Shown piece by piece: positions 12,788 to 26,900 of a stretch of 64,000 nucleotides of DNA. A model generated the notes under the pieces. It saw only the letters and a program-made list of their open reading frames with translations, made no database searches and was not told where the DNA came from. The DNA is taken from positions 364,436,001 to 364,500,000 of the forward strand of contig OZ024742.1 in assembly GCA_964016885.1 (NCBI GenBank), read 5' to 3'. The position numbers and the translations under genes were made by a program. Within the stretch, counting starts at the first letter, position 1. Every line of letters starts with the position of its first letter. The DNA is from Eledone cirrhosa (taxonomy: Eukaryota).

Positions 12788-12974
12788 GGGGGATTGGCAG
12801 TAACAGTAGAACGTCGGACCCCATGCTTTCCAGCATAGTTACGCCCCTTTACGGTCTGAGTTCACATGCCGCCAAGGTTAAATTTGCCTTTCATCCTTAC
12901 GGGGTAGATAAAATAAAGTACCAGTAATGCACTGGGTAATTGCTGGCCTTGTGCCAAAAGTAGAAACAATTATT
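12788..12974 (+). mobile_element. SINE family A
   Basis: Matches the family consensus. Confidence 0.85.
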
Positions 12975-14644
12975 TCCGTTAAAATAAATCATCACCACTA
13001 TTAACTGCACTTGTATCCTTATAGTATGTTGTTCGATGTGTTTCACAGGAGCCTTAGATAATATCACTCAATTCATCCATTCATCAATACAACCCAATAA
13101 CATCTCTAATAATTGATACTACATTCTGACAAGTTAATATATTAAGGGTCACAACCACACATTCCCCTTTTTTGTAAATATGTTTCTTGTTTGACATTTT
13201 TGTCTTAATTCTAACTACAACATTATATGATCTCTATGTCGAGAGCCATACTTGAAGTCTCACGTAATTTCTTCAAGGAAACCTAATTCCATTTTGTATT
13301 TCCGTGGTTCATTGAGGCCATATTTCTTGATAGTAATATAAGGACGCCGCAATGACGTTTGTAGTATCGTGGGATTTCTGAAAATTCAGATGTGAGCCAA
13401 TTTTTCAAAGAGAAATAAAGAGTGAGGATGTGAAAGAGAGATATACTGAACTGGTTTAATATTTTTCGTACTTGATCAGATGAAAGCCAAATTTGACAAT
13501 GAAGGGATTTGATTTGAGAACACAGAAACTCGGAGAAAACTTCGGGAAGCATTTCTTCCGACACCCTAACGTTGTAAATTCCCTCCATTTTCTTGTATGA
13601 AACCCATCATTAGTTTTCACCTCTCCAATTCTATTGCTTCTATTTTTTCGTAGTTCTATCCTCTGTTGAAAATTTACAATATATGCTAAAAGTTTAAAAC
13701 TCATTTATATAATTAAATAAATGTCTATGTCATTGTACTTTTTTCTTCTCGTCTATTTTCACACATACTCCCACACAAATTTTTAATTGAGGCCCCAAAT
13801 CAGCAATTAATTAGTAAAGTCAATTAATTAGTAAAGCCAATTAAATTACCCTCAACTTACAAACATTGCACCCGACTCCCTTCATTCGCCAGACGACGAA
13901 TCGGGATGTAATTACTGTCACAAAGACTACAAAAGTTAAAATATATTAATATATACAGTAACATAGGAAATGTGCTAATGTTTTAACAAGTACTGTAGAC
14001 CCATTGTTTTCATTAATTCCTCGACATTCCTAGTCTTTGTTACCCAGAGAATTCTCTCATTTCTTCTGTAAATATTGTTGAGGTTATATAGTAAGTCTCT
14101 TGATAACAAACTACCTGTAGTTTCTCTTGTTTCTACGATATAAAACTGTATTTATCTGAATACCTTCCAGAATGCGATTATGTAAAAATCGTTGGTAAAT
14201 TATGTTCAAAAGACCAGTATAATAAAGCGTACGTTAATTATATATCTAAATCTTTTCAAATTCCTGATTATTTACAAATAACGTTAAAATGATTGTTAGT
14301 GACTAGGCTTCAGATATACAGGAACAAACGAAACAAATTTTGATGTGGTAAAGAGAATTAGACCAATTATTTATACAGCAAAATAACAAGATTTCTGAAA
14401 GAACAAATCTACATAGTCCGTAATAAAATATCTGAACCAAGATTAAAGAATGTCAGTGAGGAATTATTAAACGATTTAGAAGTGTCGCTTTAAAAATAGT
14501 TTCCAACATATATAGAATGCGTAAGGTTGTTAGATTGTTGAATAAATGGCCTTCCAGCAATATTTACGTTTCATTACGTTTTATTACGTTTTAACTTTGC
14601 CCATAAATGTATATATATATATATAAATATATCTATATAAATAT

Positions 14645-15065
14645 ATATGTATACGTACATACATATATGTATGCAGACGTACAGTAGTATGTATATATAT
14701 ATACATACATGCACACATATATATATCGGTTTACCGAACATTTATTATAATGCTCGGTTTGTTTGTTTGTAAATAAACAAACAGCCTGTGTCATTGTTGA
14801 ACAAAAAGGTGACGTGGTTGACTAAACACTGTAAGGCGTAAATCGGGCTGTTTGTTTATTTACAAAGAAACAAACCGAGCATTATAATAAATGTTCGGTA
14901 AACCGATACATGCATATATATATGTGTGCATGTATGTATATATATATACATACTACTGTACGTCTGTATACATATATGTATGTACGTATACATACATACA
15001 TACATACTTACATTTAAGTAAGTGCCGTACTAAGAGTGAGACATGAAATTTCGTTTCATTCTATT
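14645..15065. repeat. Fold-back copy of the 426-bp family (arms ~14648-14786 and ~14845-15000)
   Basis: CGGTTTACCGAACATTTATTATAATGCTCGGTTTG and its reverse complement flank a ~58-nt spacer. Confidence 0.85.
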
Positions 15066-15081
15066 CCATATATAAATATAA

Positions 15082-15243
<162 letters not shown>

Positions 15244-16159
15244 CGAAGGAAATGTGGTAAGGAACCAGGTGGACCATAACGCACCAAAGTACTCAATATA
15301 TATATATATATATACATATATGGGCAATATATACCATATTCTATATTTATTATAGTCTTATGTTTATTTTTCTGAAAACGTGTTAAGTAAAATGAGAAGA
15401 TTGTTTGGGTTGAAATTATAAATAAATACACACGTGTGTGTTTGTTTCACCGTTTTTTTAGTTCTAATGACGAGTATCCCAATTGTTAGAACAAAAGGAC
15501 AGGTTGCTGGTGAAATTACAACGTGACTGAGCATTCTACAAACACCTACACGCTTAACGAAGTGATCAAGGATATTCAATGTGATGCAATGAGAGATAGG
15601 GCTGGCTCTTTGAACTAAATATACAACTCATTTTTGCATATTTAATGGAGTGTAACAACGTGAAATTTTGCTCAAGACGGAACCCGCCAAAGTGAATCGA
15701 ATTCACGTCCATTTGATTGTGAGCTGAACACACTAGACACCTAAATACATATGTTCCTTCATTTCTAGGAAATATCACATAACAGATATCACCATTTCTA
15801 TTTATGAATACGTTTCTTTCAATAGTCAAATAAAGCGAAATAAACGCGATTGTATTTCTTTCGCTTGGGGAGTGCTTTGACAAGTTTTTCGAAAAGTATA
15901 TATCTAAGATATAGAATGGTGGAATCGATATGTCACTGTTATATCATCTATAGTTGTACTAAGTTCAATATATTAGGAGAATGTCAGAAAATTAAGCATA
16001 TATGCTGTGGGTGTGGGGGGAATAAACGGCATTTGGTTTCACTGTAGACTTGCACCTCATTGAATTTCCGTTGATAACTGCACGTACGATGTTTTGTTTT
16101 ATCTTTAAAGCGGTTTGCAGAGCAAACGCTGATATACATCAAACGACATCTGCTATAAT

Positions 16160-16689
16160 AATTGTTTCTACTTTTGGCACAAGACCAGCAAATACCCAGT
16201 GCATTACTGGTATTTTATTTTATCGAACGCGTAAGGCTGAAAGGCAAAGTTAACCTTGGCGGGATTTGAACTCAGATTGTAAAGGGACGTAACTATGCTG
16301 GAAAGCATGGCGTCCGACCTTCTACCGATACTGCCAATCCACCGCCCATCTGCTATAATGATAATCATCACATGGCTTTTTTTCGCAATTACTAGTCACA
16401 TCAGGGAAGAGACCATACCATCACAGCATGATTCGCTTCTCCTTACTATATATGATCACAGAAACTTATATTTTACAAACTGTATTTACTCTTCATTATT
16501 TTGGGATTGGCAGTATCGGTAGAGGGTCAGATGACATGGTTTGACGTATAGAGTTACGGCCCTTACCATTCTGAGTTCAAATCCTGCCGAGGCTAACTTT
16601 GCCTTTCATCCTTACGGGGTCGATAAAATAAAGTAGCAGTAATGTACTGGTGAATTGCTGGCCTTGTGCCATTAGTAGAAACAATTATT
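16160..16689. mobile_element. Two head-to-head SINE family A copies (16160-16348 minus; 16503-16689 plus)
   Basis: Both match the consensus; they are inverted and about 155 bp apart. Confidence 0.85.
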
Positions 16690-17764
16690 TTGTTGTATTT
16701 TTGCGGATCAACATTAGTTTTCTACGATTCTATTAACATTTCATATTTGTCTCATTGAATTGCAGATAAGATAAAGATCTCTCGGTGTGATTTAAACTCG
16801 TTCTGGAAGCAATAAAGTAAAGTGTATATCCCGATATATTAACAATCCTGTTAAGAAATGTCTGTTATGATAATAATAATGATATAATAATAATGATTTG
16901 CGACATAGGTTGTACCTAATGAAATATCCCGCTCTGACCAAGTTCGTTGTATCCATGTCAATACTGAAGCATGTTTTAACCCTTAATATCCTGTAATAAT
17001 TTAGCAGAAAACATCTAAAAACACCTTTGTTAATTCAAATGTTTCATACATTTTTATTGGTGGAGACATTGTTGTGGAAATTTGCGGTATCGGAAGAATA
17101 ATGACTTTAGATATTTCTGATGCAATCATATAGTTTTCAAGACTGTCCCTTAAATGTTCTCATCACCAACGTGCATAAGAATATGTTTATTAACAAAAGA
17201 AATTTTAGCCTGATAGTGAAATTTAGAACCCTAAAAAAATGGAAAAAGATGAGTATTGATCAATACTCATCTTTTTTCATAACTGAGAGGGTTCCAAACC
17301 CCACTATCAGGCTAACATGTCTTTAGTCAAAGATATGGCGAAAGCTTCTATTTCTAATTTCAATATGGCTCCTTGTTTCAAGACATGCCTGATATTTATT
17401 AACGTTGAATTTAAATTCAGTTATTAATATTTAAGTAAATTGATGAATTTAAAAGAAATCCTGTATTTCTTAGGAAATATTTACTGGGTAATATAATTAT
17501 ATTATAATTCTATTATAATTATATTATAATTATATTATAATTATATTATAATTATATTATTTTAAATGTATTAGAAATAATATAACACATAATGTATACA
17601 GACTAATGTTTTCTGTAATTGATATATGTTCGTTTTTTTATTGTTGTTGTCCATGTAATTATTATTATTGTCATTGATGTCGTTGTAGTTGCTTTTCAGT
17701 ACGCATGTTATGAATATTATAATTATAATATTTCAGCAATAACAATGATAATAACGATAATAAT

Positions 17765-18153
17765 AATGGTTTCTTGATTAGAAACAAGGCCATCAATGTT
17801 GTCGGAGGGGGAAAAGTCGATTAAATCAATTCCTGTGCCTGACAGGTACTTTATTTCATCGACTCCGTAAGGATGAAAGACGAAGCTAACCTCGAGATTT
17901 GAAATCAGAACGTAAAGTGACGTAACTCTATGCCTCGAAGCAAAGCGTCCGACGCTCTACCGATACTGTCAATCCACCACCCTAATAATAATAATTGTTT
18001 CTACTTTTGGCACAAGGCCAGTAATTATCCCAGTACATTACTGGTACTTTATTTTATCGACCCCGTAAGGATAAAAGGCAGTTAACTTCGGCGGGATTTG
18101 AACTCAGATCATAAAGGGAGGTAACTCTATGCTTCAAAGCATAGCGTCCGACC
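17765..18153 (-). mobile_element. Two tandem SINE family A copies
   Basis: 17765-17982 (variant tail) and 17993-18153 match the consensus. Confidence 0.8.
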
Positions 18154-18577
18154 CATAACATTACTACAAATATATATATTTAGCTGTATTACCTACTTCT
18201 GTGACATTATACATACATATAATTTTAAATCAGTTTACATTTGTCAACTTTATAATTTTCAACAATACACGTTATGTGTGATGGAGGTTAATCTTCTGTG
18301 GAAGATCCTAATCAGGAAATTAACGTTCAATTGGATGATCATTCTACTGGCATGTGTAATATTTCTCAGGGAGATTCAGTTTGACTGTGTGTAACAAGAA
18401 GATCTCCAGTCCCAATGAAGCGCTTCCAAACAGTTTCCATCCACATAATTCCCTTTACATGACGTCAGACTATTGTAAATGGTATTTTCCCACGGTGTCC
18501 ATAAAGTCGGATTGAACCTCGATCCTCACGATGGCGATTCGAAGTTAACAATTAGGCCACTCCACAGCCACTTATGT

Positions 18578-18610
<33 letters not shown>

Positions 18611-18614
<4 letters not shown>

Positions 18615-18772
18615 CGAAGGAAATGTGGTAAGGAACCAGGTGGACCATAACGCACCAAAGTACTCAATACTTGAGGTAGTAGAGTGGATAATAGGAACCA
18701 GTAAGACCCCGACAGCTGAGCTCAAGCCGTTTCGAAACGGCTTGAGCTCAGCTGTCGGGGTCTTACTGGTTC

Positions 18773-18776
<4 letters not shown>
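18611..18776. mobile_element. PLE pLTR end with a perfect palindrome (18692-18775) centred on TTTCGAAA
   Basis: TAGGAACCAGTAAGACCCCGACAGCTGAGCTCAAGCCGTTTC|GAAACGGCTTGAGCTCAGCTGTCGGGGTCTTACTGGTTCCTA; same family as 23870-23995. Other stubs at 15241-15298, 25198-25337, 32441-32486, 63825-63985. Confidence 0.85.
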
Positions 18777-18835
<59 letters not shown>

Positions 18836-19346
18836 ACAATTGGGGAGAGTCATATTGTTGTAATAATATTGCCAGAAATAATAACAGAACAAACTCACTG
18901 TTTGGTTGGTTTTCGCTTTTCGCTTCTGCAACTTTTATATCTCCATAGTTAATTTATTTGGCAATCAATGTTTATCATTGACAGACCATCGGTTGCAGAT
19001 GTGCAACGAAAGGACTTTGTTAGACTATATATATATATTTTTCTATCTGTATTCAGTCGATGGTCAGTCAATAATAAACAGTGATTGCTATAATAAATAA
19101 GATATAAACATTTGTTTCGACACACGATTTCATATCAAAACCTTACAAAACAAATATATATATATACAGGCCATTAATAACTTTATTCAACATTGTGTAT
19201 CAATGATGTCATCAATGCTGAGATTGCAGTTTCACATCATTAAATACAATATTATTATATTAATACAAATGTACTATTATCCTGCCTATTGTATCGACTG
19301 CTTTAGGAAGTATAACTATTCATTTATTGCTACTATAAATCTATGG

Positions 19347-19416
<70 letters not shown>

Positions 19417-19971
19417 CTGTGTGTGTGTATATATATACAAACAAGAGACAAAATAATAATATTATTTATTCCTAGATATGTCTATGCGGAATCTTCTTCA
19501 ATAGTTGTATATTTAATTATGTTATTTGTGATAATTAAGTGACTAACTTGATCAGGGATTTTAACAAATTGAAAATGATTGCAGAATACATAATTGTAAA
19601 GCAACACTATAAAAACCGTCGTGGGTCTGTAGTTGATGTCAACTCTTAACTTGCGCTTTTCAAACATACATGTATATATATTCTATAGTATCTCTATGTG
19701 GGAGTTAAGAAGTTATATATTTATTTACATATACACATATATGAGCACACACGCACATTCACACACTCACTACCAGGTACGTACATCCAAAAGTCTTCTT
19801 CACCTTTCGAATGTTCACACATTTTCTATATGTAATATTGCCTAAATAACCGAAAGATGAAAGATATAGGAGCAATTGTGAACATTCAGCTTCAAATAAT
19901 TTATAATACATTGATCTACATGTATAGATATATATATATATATATATAGAGATATATAGATATGTGTGTAA

Positions 19972-20018
<47 letters not shown>

Positions 20019-20019
20019 T

Positions 20020-20111
<92 letters not shown>

Positions 20112-20206
20112 TATTGTACATTCACCCATCTATTTCATAAAAGTTGTTTATAAAATACTTGTGCAAATTTAAACGTTAATAACGTTGGAGAATTTCAGTG
20201 TAAATT

Positions 20207-20399
20207 ATTGTTTCTACTTTTAACACAAGGCCAGCAATCTTCCCATTGCGTTACTGGTACTTTATTTTTTTTTTACCCCGTAAGGATGAAAAGCAAAGTT
20301 AACCTCGGTGGTATTTGAACTCAGACCGTAAAGGGATGTAACTCTATGCTGCAAAGCACGACGTCCAACCCTCTACTGATACTCCCAATCCACCGCCCT
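20207..20399 (-). mobile_element. SINE family A; a diverged relative lies at ~20990-21150
   Basis: Matches the family consensus. Confidence 0.85.
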
Positions 20400-21624
20400 A
20401 ATATATAATATATAAAAGTTTCATATTGGTTTACTTGTTAGTATCTGTTCTTACTAGGTACATTTATTATTATTAACAATCTAGAAATATTTTAAAACAA
20501 TTTTGAGATCCGTCTTGTCCAAAGAGTAAAAATATTGATTAACATTAGATCTGCATAAATTATGAATGTGTGAATAACATATAAAATATCTAAATATTTC
20601 ATATGTAATTAACTGTGTATTTCAATCAAGTGTACTTCAAAAGATATTAATGTTTAAATTTGCATAAGGAGTTTATAAAAGCTATGTATATACTTAATAC
20701 ATACAAACATAAAAATTGGATGATACATTTAAAACATCAAACAGGAAACCATCAGATAACAAGATATTGCATGATACAACAAGATATAATACCACATTGG
20801 CCATTTTAAATATATGTCACACATTGCGGTTGGTCATGAAACAATGTTGGCCCTTAATGTAGTATCGTAGGGCATTTAAAACCTACCCGAGACCATCTCT
20901 TTCCAGGTCAGAACACAACGGATTTCCTCCAGAGAAATATAAAGAGAGTTAGCGAGAGTGAGATAAGTGAGAATGAGAGTATAGAGGAAGAACCGACTCT
21001 AGTATTTAACTGATACTTTATTCATCGACCTGAAATGGATGAAGAAAAGATGGCCTCAGGGAGATTTGAACTCAAACCACTGAAAGTCGGAAATAAAACC
21101 GTAGAGAATTATAACCGACGATTTAACGTCTTCCCCACGTCGCCGACTACTATTAAACAGATATAAGGTAATAGACAGCTTTGTGAATTAGACAACAATG
21201 CATTCACAGATCGGCACATAGGCGGCTCAAGATGATAGAGATATGTTGAAATTCGGCTACGTTGTAATTTACAGAAAAATTATTGTAAGAGTAACATCAT
21301 TTTTATTAGGGCTCGTATGGATTGTGTCCCCTTAAACGTCAATATGTTGCGTAGATTTCGATTAGGAGAGATATGTGTATAAGGGATCATAAATATGTTT
21401 ATATATTATGGCCATCAAGTTTGCTGGATATTGATGTCTATCACAGTGCGATTGTTTATAAATCTGTGTCGTTGTTGAGTTATATATATTTATCTATATT
21501 GTGGGTGTATGTGTGAATTATTATCAATGATACATACTCATTTATCTGTGTGTATACATGTATCTATGTATGTATATATACATATGTGTGTGTGAGTATG
21601 TGTGTGTGTGCGTGCGTATGTGTG

Positions 21625-21662
<38 letters not shown>

Positions 21663-21669
21663 TGCGTGC

Positions 21670-21764
<95 letters not shown>

Positions 21765-22029
21765 TGTGTGTGTGTGTGTTTGTGTCATTCATTGGAAACT
21801 AGAAACTTCAGAATCCATTATACTGAGATTCTTGGTTCCGATTTTGGACGATCTTTATGAAAAGAAAAGAAGGAACCTGTATATGTAATATACTGTTCAG
21901 AACATATTCCAAATTGATGACAATCGTTCGTTATTAAGTGAAAAAAAACCCTTAGTTCTGTAGTCTAGTGCTGTTAATTCAAATTACGTACGAACATGTA
22001 GCTTTGGTACTGGTGATAAAATCATCTAA

Positions 22030-22220
22030 CATGTAATTGGCGCCGTTATTAATGTGATGGGTTAAGCCATACATGACAACTCACTTCCAAAATCGTACTT
22101 CGGATTCTCTAAGAAGAATTTTAACGCTAGGATTTATCAGCACAAATATAAATTTATGAGATGTCAAAGAAATGTTGCTACTGCTTTATCGAAATATACA
22201 TATGACCTTTCAATGTAAAA
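22030..22220 (+). pseudogene. Decayed PLE GIY-YIG remnant (absent from the ORF track)
   Basis: Frame from 22081 reads SLPKSYFGFSKKNFNARIYQHKYKF...ATALSKY, comparable to YVGSTSTEFKLRYNNHKISF...STALS in ORF 5208-6002. A decayed HHR-like motif lies downstream at 23047-23083. Confidence 0.6.
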
Positions 22221-23115
22221 AGCGTTTGAGCGTGTAAAAGGGTGGTCTGTAGACGTTTGTGGTCGACATGGTGTTTCAGTTTGTCTTTCAGCATTGACAC
22301 ATTTTGTTCAGGTATTTTATACTGGAGATTTGAACCTTTATCTTTTGATAAAATCGCTGATCATGATCATTTGGCCCGTTATAAGCCAACTTAAGCGATA
22401 ATGCAAAAATGAGTATTAATTAGTCGTCCTGCGGAAATTGGCTTCGATTTCCTTGTTTCATTTAAACTGTAGTATAAAATGATTTCTTGAATGAAATTGT
22501 AAACCACTTCCCAATCACAATTTTCTTAATCTTTTTCATTGGAAAATTGAGGTTTATGAACAGATGTGTATCAGAAAATTTCTCTTTACATGATAATATC
22601 GTTTCTTTCCCGCATGGTTGCATTAATAATTAATTCAAAGGTGTTATTAACTTCACAGGAGTATTCGAAAACAAACATTTTTTTTCTGAAAATACTTGAT
22701 ATTTAATATACTTTCCATTAATTTATCTCAATACACGACACGCTAATGATAAATAAAGGCCATAGCTATTTTGATACAAAACCTCTTCAATCCGAGCCTG
22801 CTATGGTAAGAAGGTGTTTATCTTAAAATGTAATATTTATTGAAAAGCCTCCTTTCATAGTTTTGTTTAAGAACATTTATGCGCCAAATACCAAGTAAAT
22901 AATGAACATGATATATTACTAAATTCCTACGAATTATAGGTTAGTTTTTAAATGTTGAAAGTCATATGAAATGCCCTTAATATATACTAAAGGAACGGTT
23001 AATGAGACCTACCGAGGTTTATTCATAAAATCTGAATAAAATTTCTCAACGCTGATGAATCCGGCAATGAAAAACTAGCGTTGCAGATTCTTTAATATTA
23101 CCTGCTACACAGATA

Positions 23116-23159
<44 letters not shown>

Positions 23160-23164
<5 letters not shown>

Positions 23165-23995
23165 CCCAGCTTACTTAGGTATATATATCTCTTTTCTTTT
23201 CCTCTTTGTCTTCTTCTTCCCCATGTCTCATCCTTTCACTTCCTTCCACCCCGTATTTTCTTCCTCGTCTGCTTTTCCCCTTCGCCTACCCTGATGCAGC
23301 CCATCGGGCCTCTGTAGCATCAGTTTCCCCACCCCTGTAATCTTAAGATGGAATTGGCTGAATACGTTTTACTAACTACTTATAGCAGACGTGTTAAACC
23401 CCTTTAATTCTCTATCAGTTCTGGTACTACTCAATTTTTACAAGTTTTTTCTATTCTCAACTTATTAACCTGTAATTGTAAGATAGCATTGTGATTTTTT
23501 AAAATTCATTTCTCACTATCTAATTTTATATATTTTTTTATTTATTTCTATTATCTTTCATTGTCTCCTACTCCAATTCGATTTACCTATTCTATAACCT
23601 CCCTCCTCCACTTCATACTCTATCCTCAGAATCTGCTGTATACATATCGCTTTCAAACCTTGACCGCTCCTGTCACTCCCCTATTGTTCTACAGGCAAGT
23701 TCAACCACCCCTACCTCCCACCAAATACCATGATAGACTTATTTGTGTTTACAACAAATTGTAAGCACCCTCTTGACAACTACAATATTCCCATATAAGG
23801 AAGTACCCCCTTGAAAAGTTCGGCTATTTATTCACCAGGCTAAAAATTCTAATTTAGTCCAGAAATAGCCGTCGAAACGGCTTGAGCTCTGCCGTCGGGG
23901 TCATACTTTTTCCTATTTCCCACTCTACTACCCTAAGTATTGAGTACTCTCGTCCGTTATGGTCCATCTGGTTCCTTACCACAATTCCTTTGTTA
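23160..23995 (+). mobile_element. PLE 3' UTR/pLTR (~830 bp), solo copy between (AT)n tracts; second copy at 38815-39637
   Basis: High identity to 38815-39637, which directly follows a GIY-YIG C-terminus. Confidence 0.85.
23797..23915 (+). ncRNA. Extended type I hammerhead ribozyme with U3-A8 core, predicted cut after GUC at 23896
   Basis: CCCC-TTGAAAA-GTTCGGCTATTT...AAATAGCCGTC-GAAA-CGGC TTGAGCTCT GCCG-TC-GGGG; stem I extends by AAGTA/TACTT. Confidence 0.8.
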
Positions 23996-24560
23996 TATAT
24001 ATATATATATATATATGCACACCTAGATATATATAGTTGTATGTAAATATGTACTGCTAGTTGGCGAGTAATACTAATTACTTCAGGTATTTCCTGTTTC
24101 AGTTCTCTGTACCTTTAGCTGAATAAGATATTCCGTGAAAGTCTGGATTACCACCGACATCTATTTGTCATTAGAGAAATATGTAGAGCGTTATATTAAC
24201 TGATCACAAATATCTGTGTTCGTGTGTGTGTTCATCTGTATGTTCATGTGTGTGTGTTCATGTGTGTAGCTTGCGTGATTTGCCATTTACATTGTATTCT
24301 ATTATACATATATATGCATACAGACTCCCACACATACACACACACCAACACATACACACACACCAACACATATATAGAGTCTATTGTCCAGAAAGACATA
24401 TCTATATATATATTAAATGTTGCAATGTGGAAATGACTCTGCGGGATTTGTGGCAGTAGAAGGTTACTCGATTGTTATCGCAGCTAGATGTATTGTATTA
24501 TCTATAAGCACATATATCCATACTCCCGTAAGCCCAACATTTACATACATGTGCATGGTC

Positions 24561-24603
<43 letters not shown>

Positions 24604-24967
24604 ATATTAGGCCAACTCTGTTCCAGGCGCTAGAGATCGTCAGAACACAATTTATCATGTTTTGACTGTTAGTGTGAGAGAAGACACGGCCTTATCCTGA
24701 ATGGGACGCTGGTCCATTATAGGTTTAACACCAGATGCAGCCAAAGCTGGTTTAAGCTGCGTGGATTGGCGCAAAAGAAATAGATACACCACTCTTTTCA
24801 GAACTAACAGCAGTATGATAACGAGCCCAACACGTGTAAATATGAATATAAACATTTGTCTGTGTGGGTGTGTCTGTGTTTCTTATATATATGTATATAT
24901 ATATATATATAAGAAACACAGACGCACATATATATATCTATGTATATACATATATATATATATAAAT

Positions 24968-25181
<214 letters not shown>

Positions 25182-25335
25182 CTTTCTATATATATATAGG
25201 AACGAGTAGGACCCCGACGGCTGAGCTCAAGCCGTTTCGACGGCTAATTCTGGACTGTTACCCACTCTACTACCCTAAGTATTGAGTACTTTCGTGCGTT
25301 ATGGTCCACCTGGTTCCTTACCACATTTCCTTCGT

Positions 25336-25436
<101 letters not shown>

Positions 25437-25723
25437 TTAAAACACGACAGTTTTCTAGTTTGACCATTTTTATTTAGAATTTTTCATATTTCCGTATTAC
25501 TTCTGTATGCTGGATTTGGAACAGTAGCTTTCTTAGGTCCATGTGGGTGTTATGGTCTCGGGGCCTTCACAGTTCCGTCATCAGAATCAGGATGGGCGTG
25601 TTATATGTAAATAAGGGAATATGAAAAATCCGGAGTAATAATCATCAAAACCGAGCTCTGTTGTGTTGTCATTATAACATCTTTGAAAGACAAGTTATCC
25701 CCAACATATCTCATATGCTTATA

Positions 25724-25765
<42 letters not shown>

Positions 25766-26177
25766 TGCGTGTGTGTGTGTGTGTGTGTAAGTGCGTGTGT
25801 GTCTGTGTGTGTGAGTGAGTGTGTGTGTGTGTGTATGTGTGTGCGTGTGTGTGTGTGTAAGTGTGTGTAAGTGTGTGTGTGTCTGTGTGTGTGTGTGAGT
25901 GTGTGTGTGTTTGTGTGTGTGTGTGTATGTGTGTGTGAAAGTGTGTGTAAGTGCGTGTGTGTCTGTGTGTGTGTGTGTGTGTATGTTCATGTACGAGTGC
26001 TTGTGTGCTGTTGTGTGTGTTAAGTGATTTAATGTTGCATTACCATTGATTTCCGTTATGTAACCCAATACGGCTAATTCGTTACATATATATGTATTTA
26101 TATTTATATATACACTAACGTGTATATATAAATTCATAGTGTTTTGGTGTAAATATAAGGGTTGCATATGTCTATGT

Positions 26178-26755
26178 TTACGGTAGTGTGTGCTCCAGAC
26201 TGATGTCCTTGGTCATGGGATTCACTACAAGTAATATAAATGTAGAAGATACTGTTATTCCGAGAAAAACACCGAAGAAGAAGCGATCCATAACTTTAGC
26301 TATTTCCTGCCATTCTTGAATGAATTTCCTTTCTACCATACATCGGTCATTCATTGCGATGATATACCGAAGATATCGCATCATTTCGTCATCAAAGGAA
26401 TTTTCTGGGGTAAGTATTGAATGTGTTTGTGCGCTAACACCGCTTGAACTTGAGCAATCCGTTATCTTTTCATGGCCAAGACCGTTGCAGCGCACTCCGC
26501 AATGACTGTGACGATCTGAGCCGTACGATTCCCTTGAGAGTTTTTCCATTTTGTTATGGAGCGACGAATGACAATAGCGGTTGGGGATAGTGTCCGTCCA
26601 TTCCATGCAAAGGACCCTTGAGAGTAAGTAGGAGAATTTACGTAGCCAATAAGGTGGTCCGGATTGGAAACTGCCCCGGTGATGAAGGTTTAGTATGAAA
26701 ACGGAAAATACCACGGATAGCGCACTCATAGCCATTATAACGGTCAGGTATATAC
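26178..26755 (-). CDS. Last coding exon (M3, cytoplasmic loop, M4, stop) of a nicotinic acetylcholine receptor-like Cys-loop channel subunit
   Basis: GIYLTVIMAMSALSVVFSVFILNLHHR (M3), PPYWLRK (MX), QEWQEIAKVMDRFFFGVF (MA-M4). Acceptor TTTCTTTGTATTTTGCAG ends at 26756 (phase 1). The upstream part of ORF 26178-26942 is intronic. Confidence 0.92.
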
Positions 26756-26900
26756 CTGCAAAATACAAAGAAAAATATATGAAATAGAAACCAAATGTGT
26801 AAACTTTGTGAATATATAAATGCATGGGTGTGAATAATTCATGAATGGGTTTAATAGTGAAATGTATTAACAATAGAATGTAATATTGCATGCATATGTA

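Noticed and set aside
13280-14500. Possible decayed LINE coding sequence or host exon
   Set aside because: Weak resemblance only; no motif I can assign with confidence.
16503-16600. tRNA gene
   Set aside because: The A and B boxes belong to SINE heads; no cloverleaf.
23047-23083. CAACG-CTGATGA...GAAA..CGTTG hammerhead
   Set aside because: Stem I and core are present but there is no valid NUH site or stem III; treated as decayed.
25500-25595. Minus-strand CTGATGA-CGGAAC...GTTCC motif
   Set aside because: No GAAA adjacent to stem II and no convincing stem I or III.
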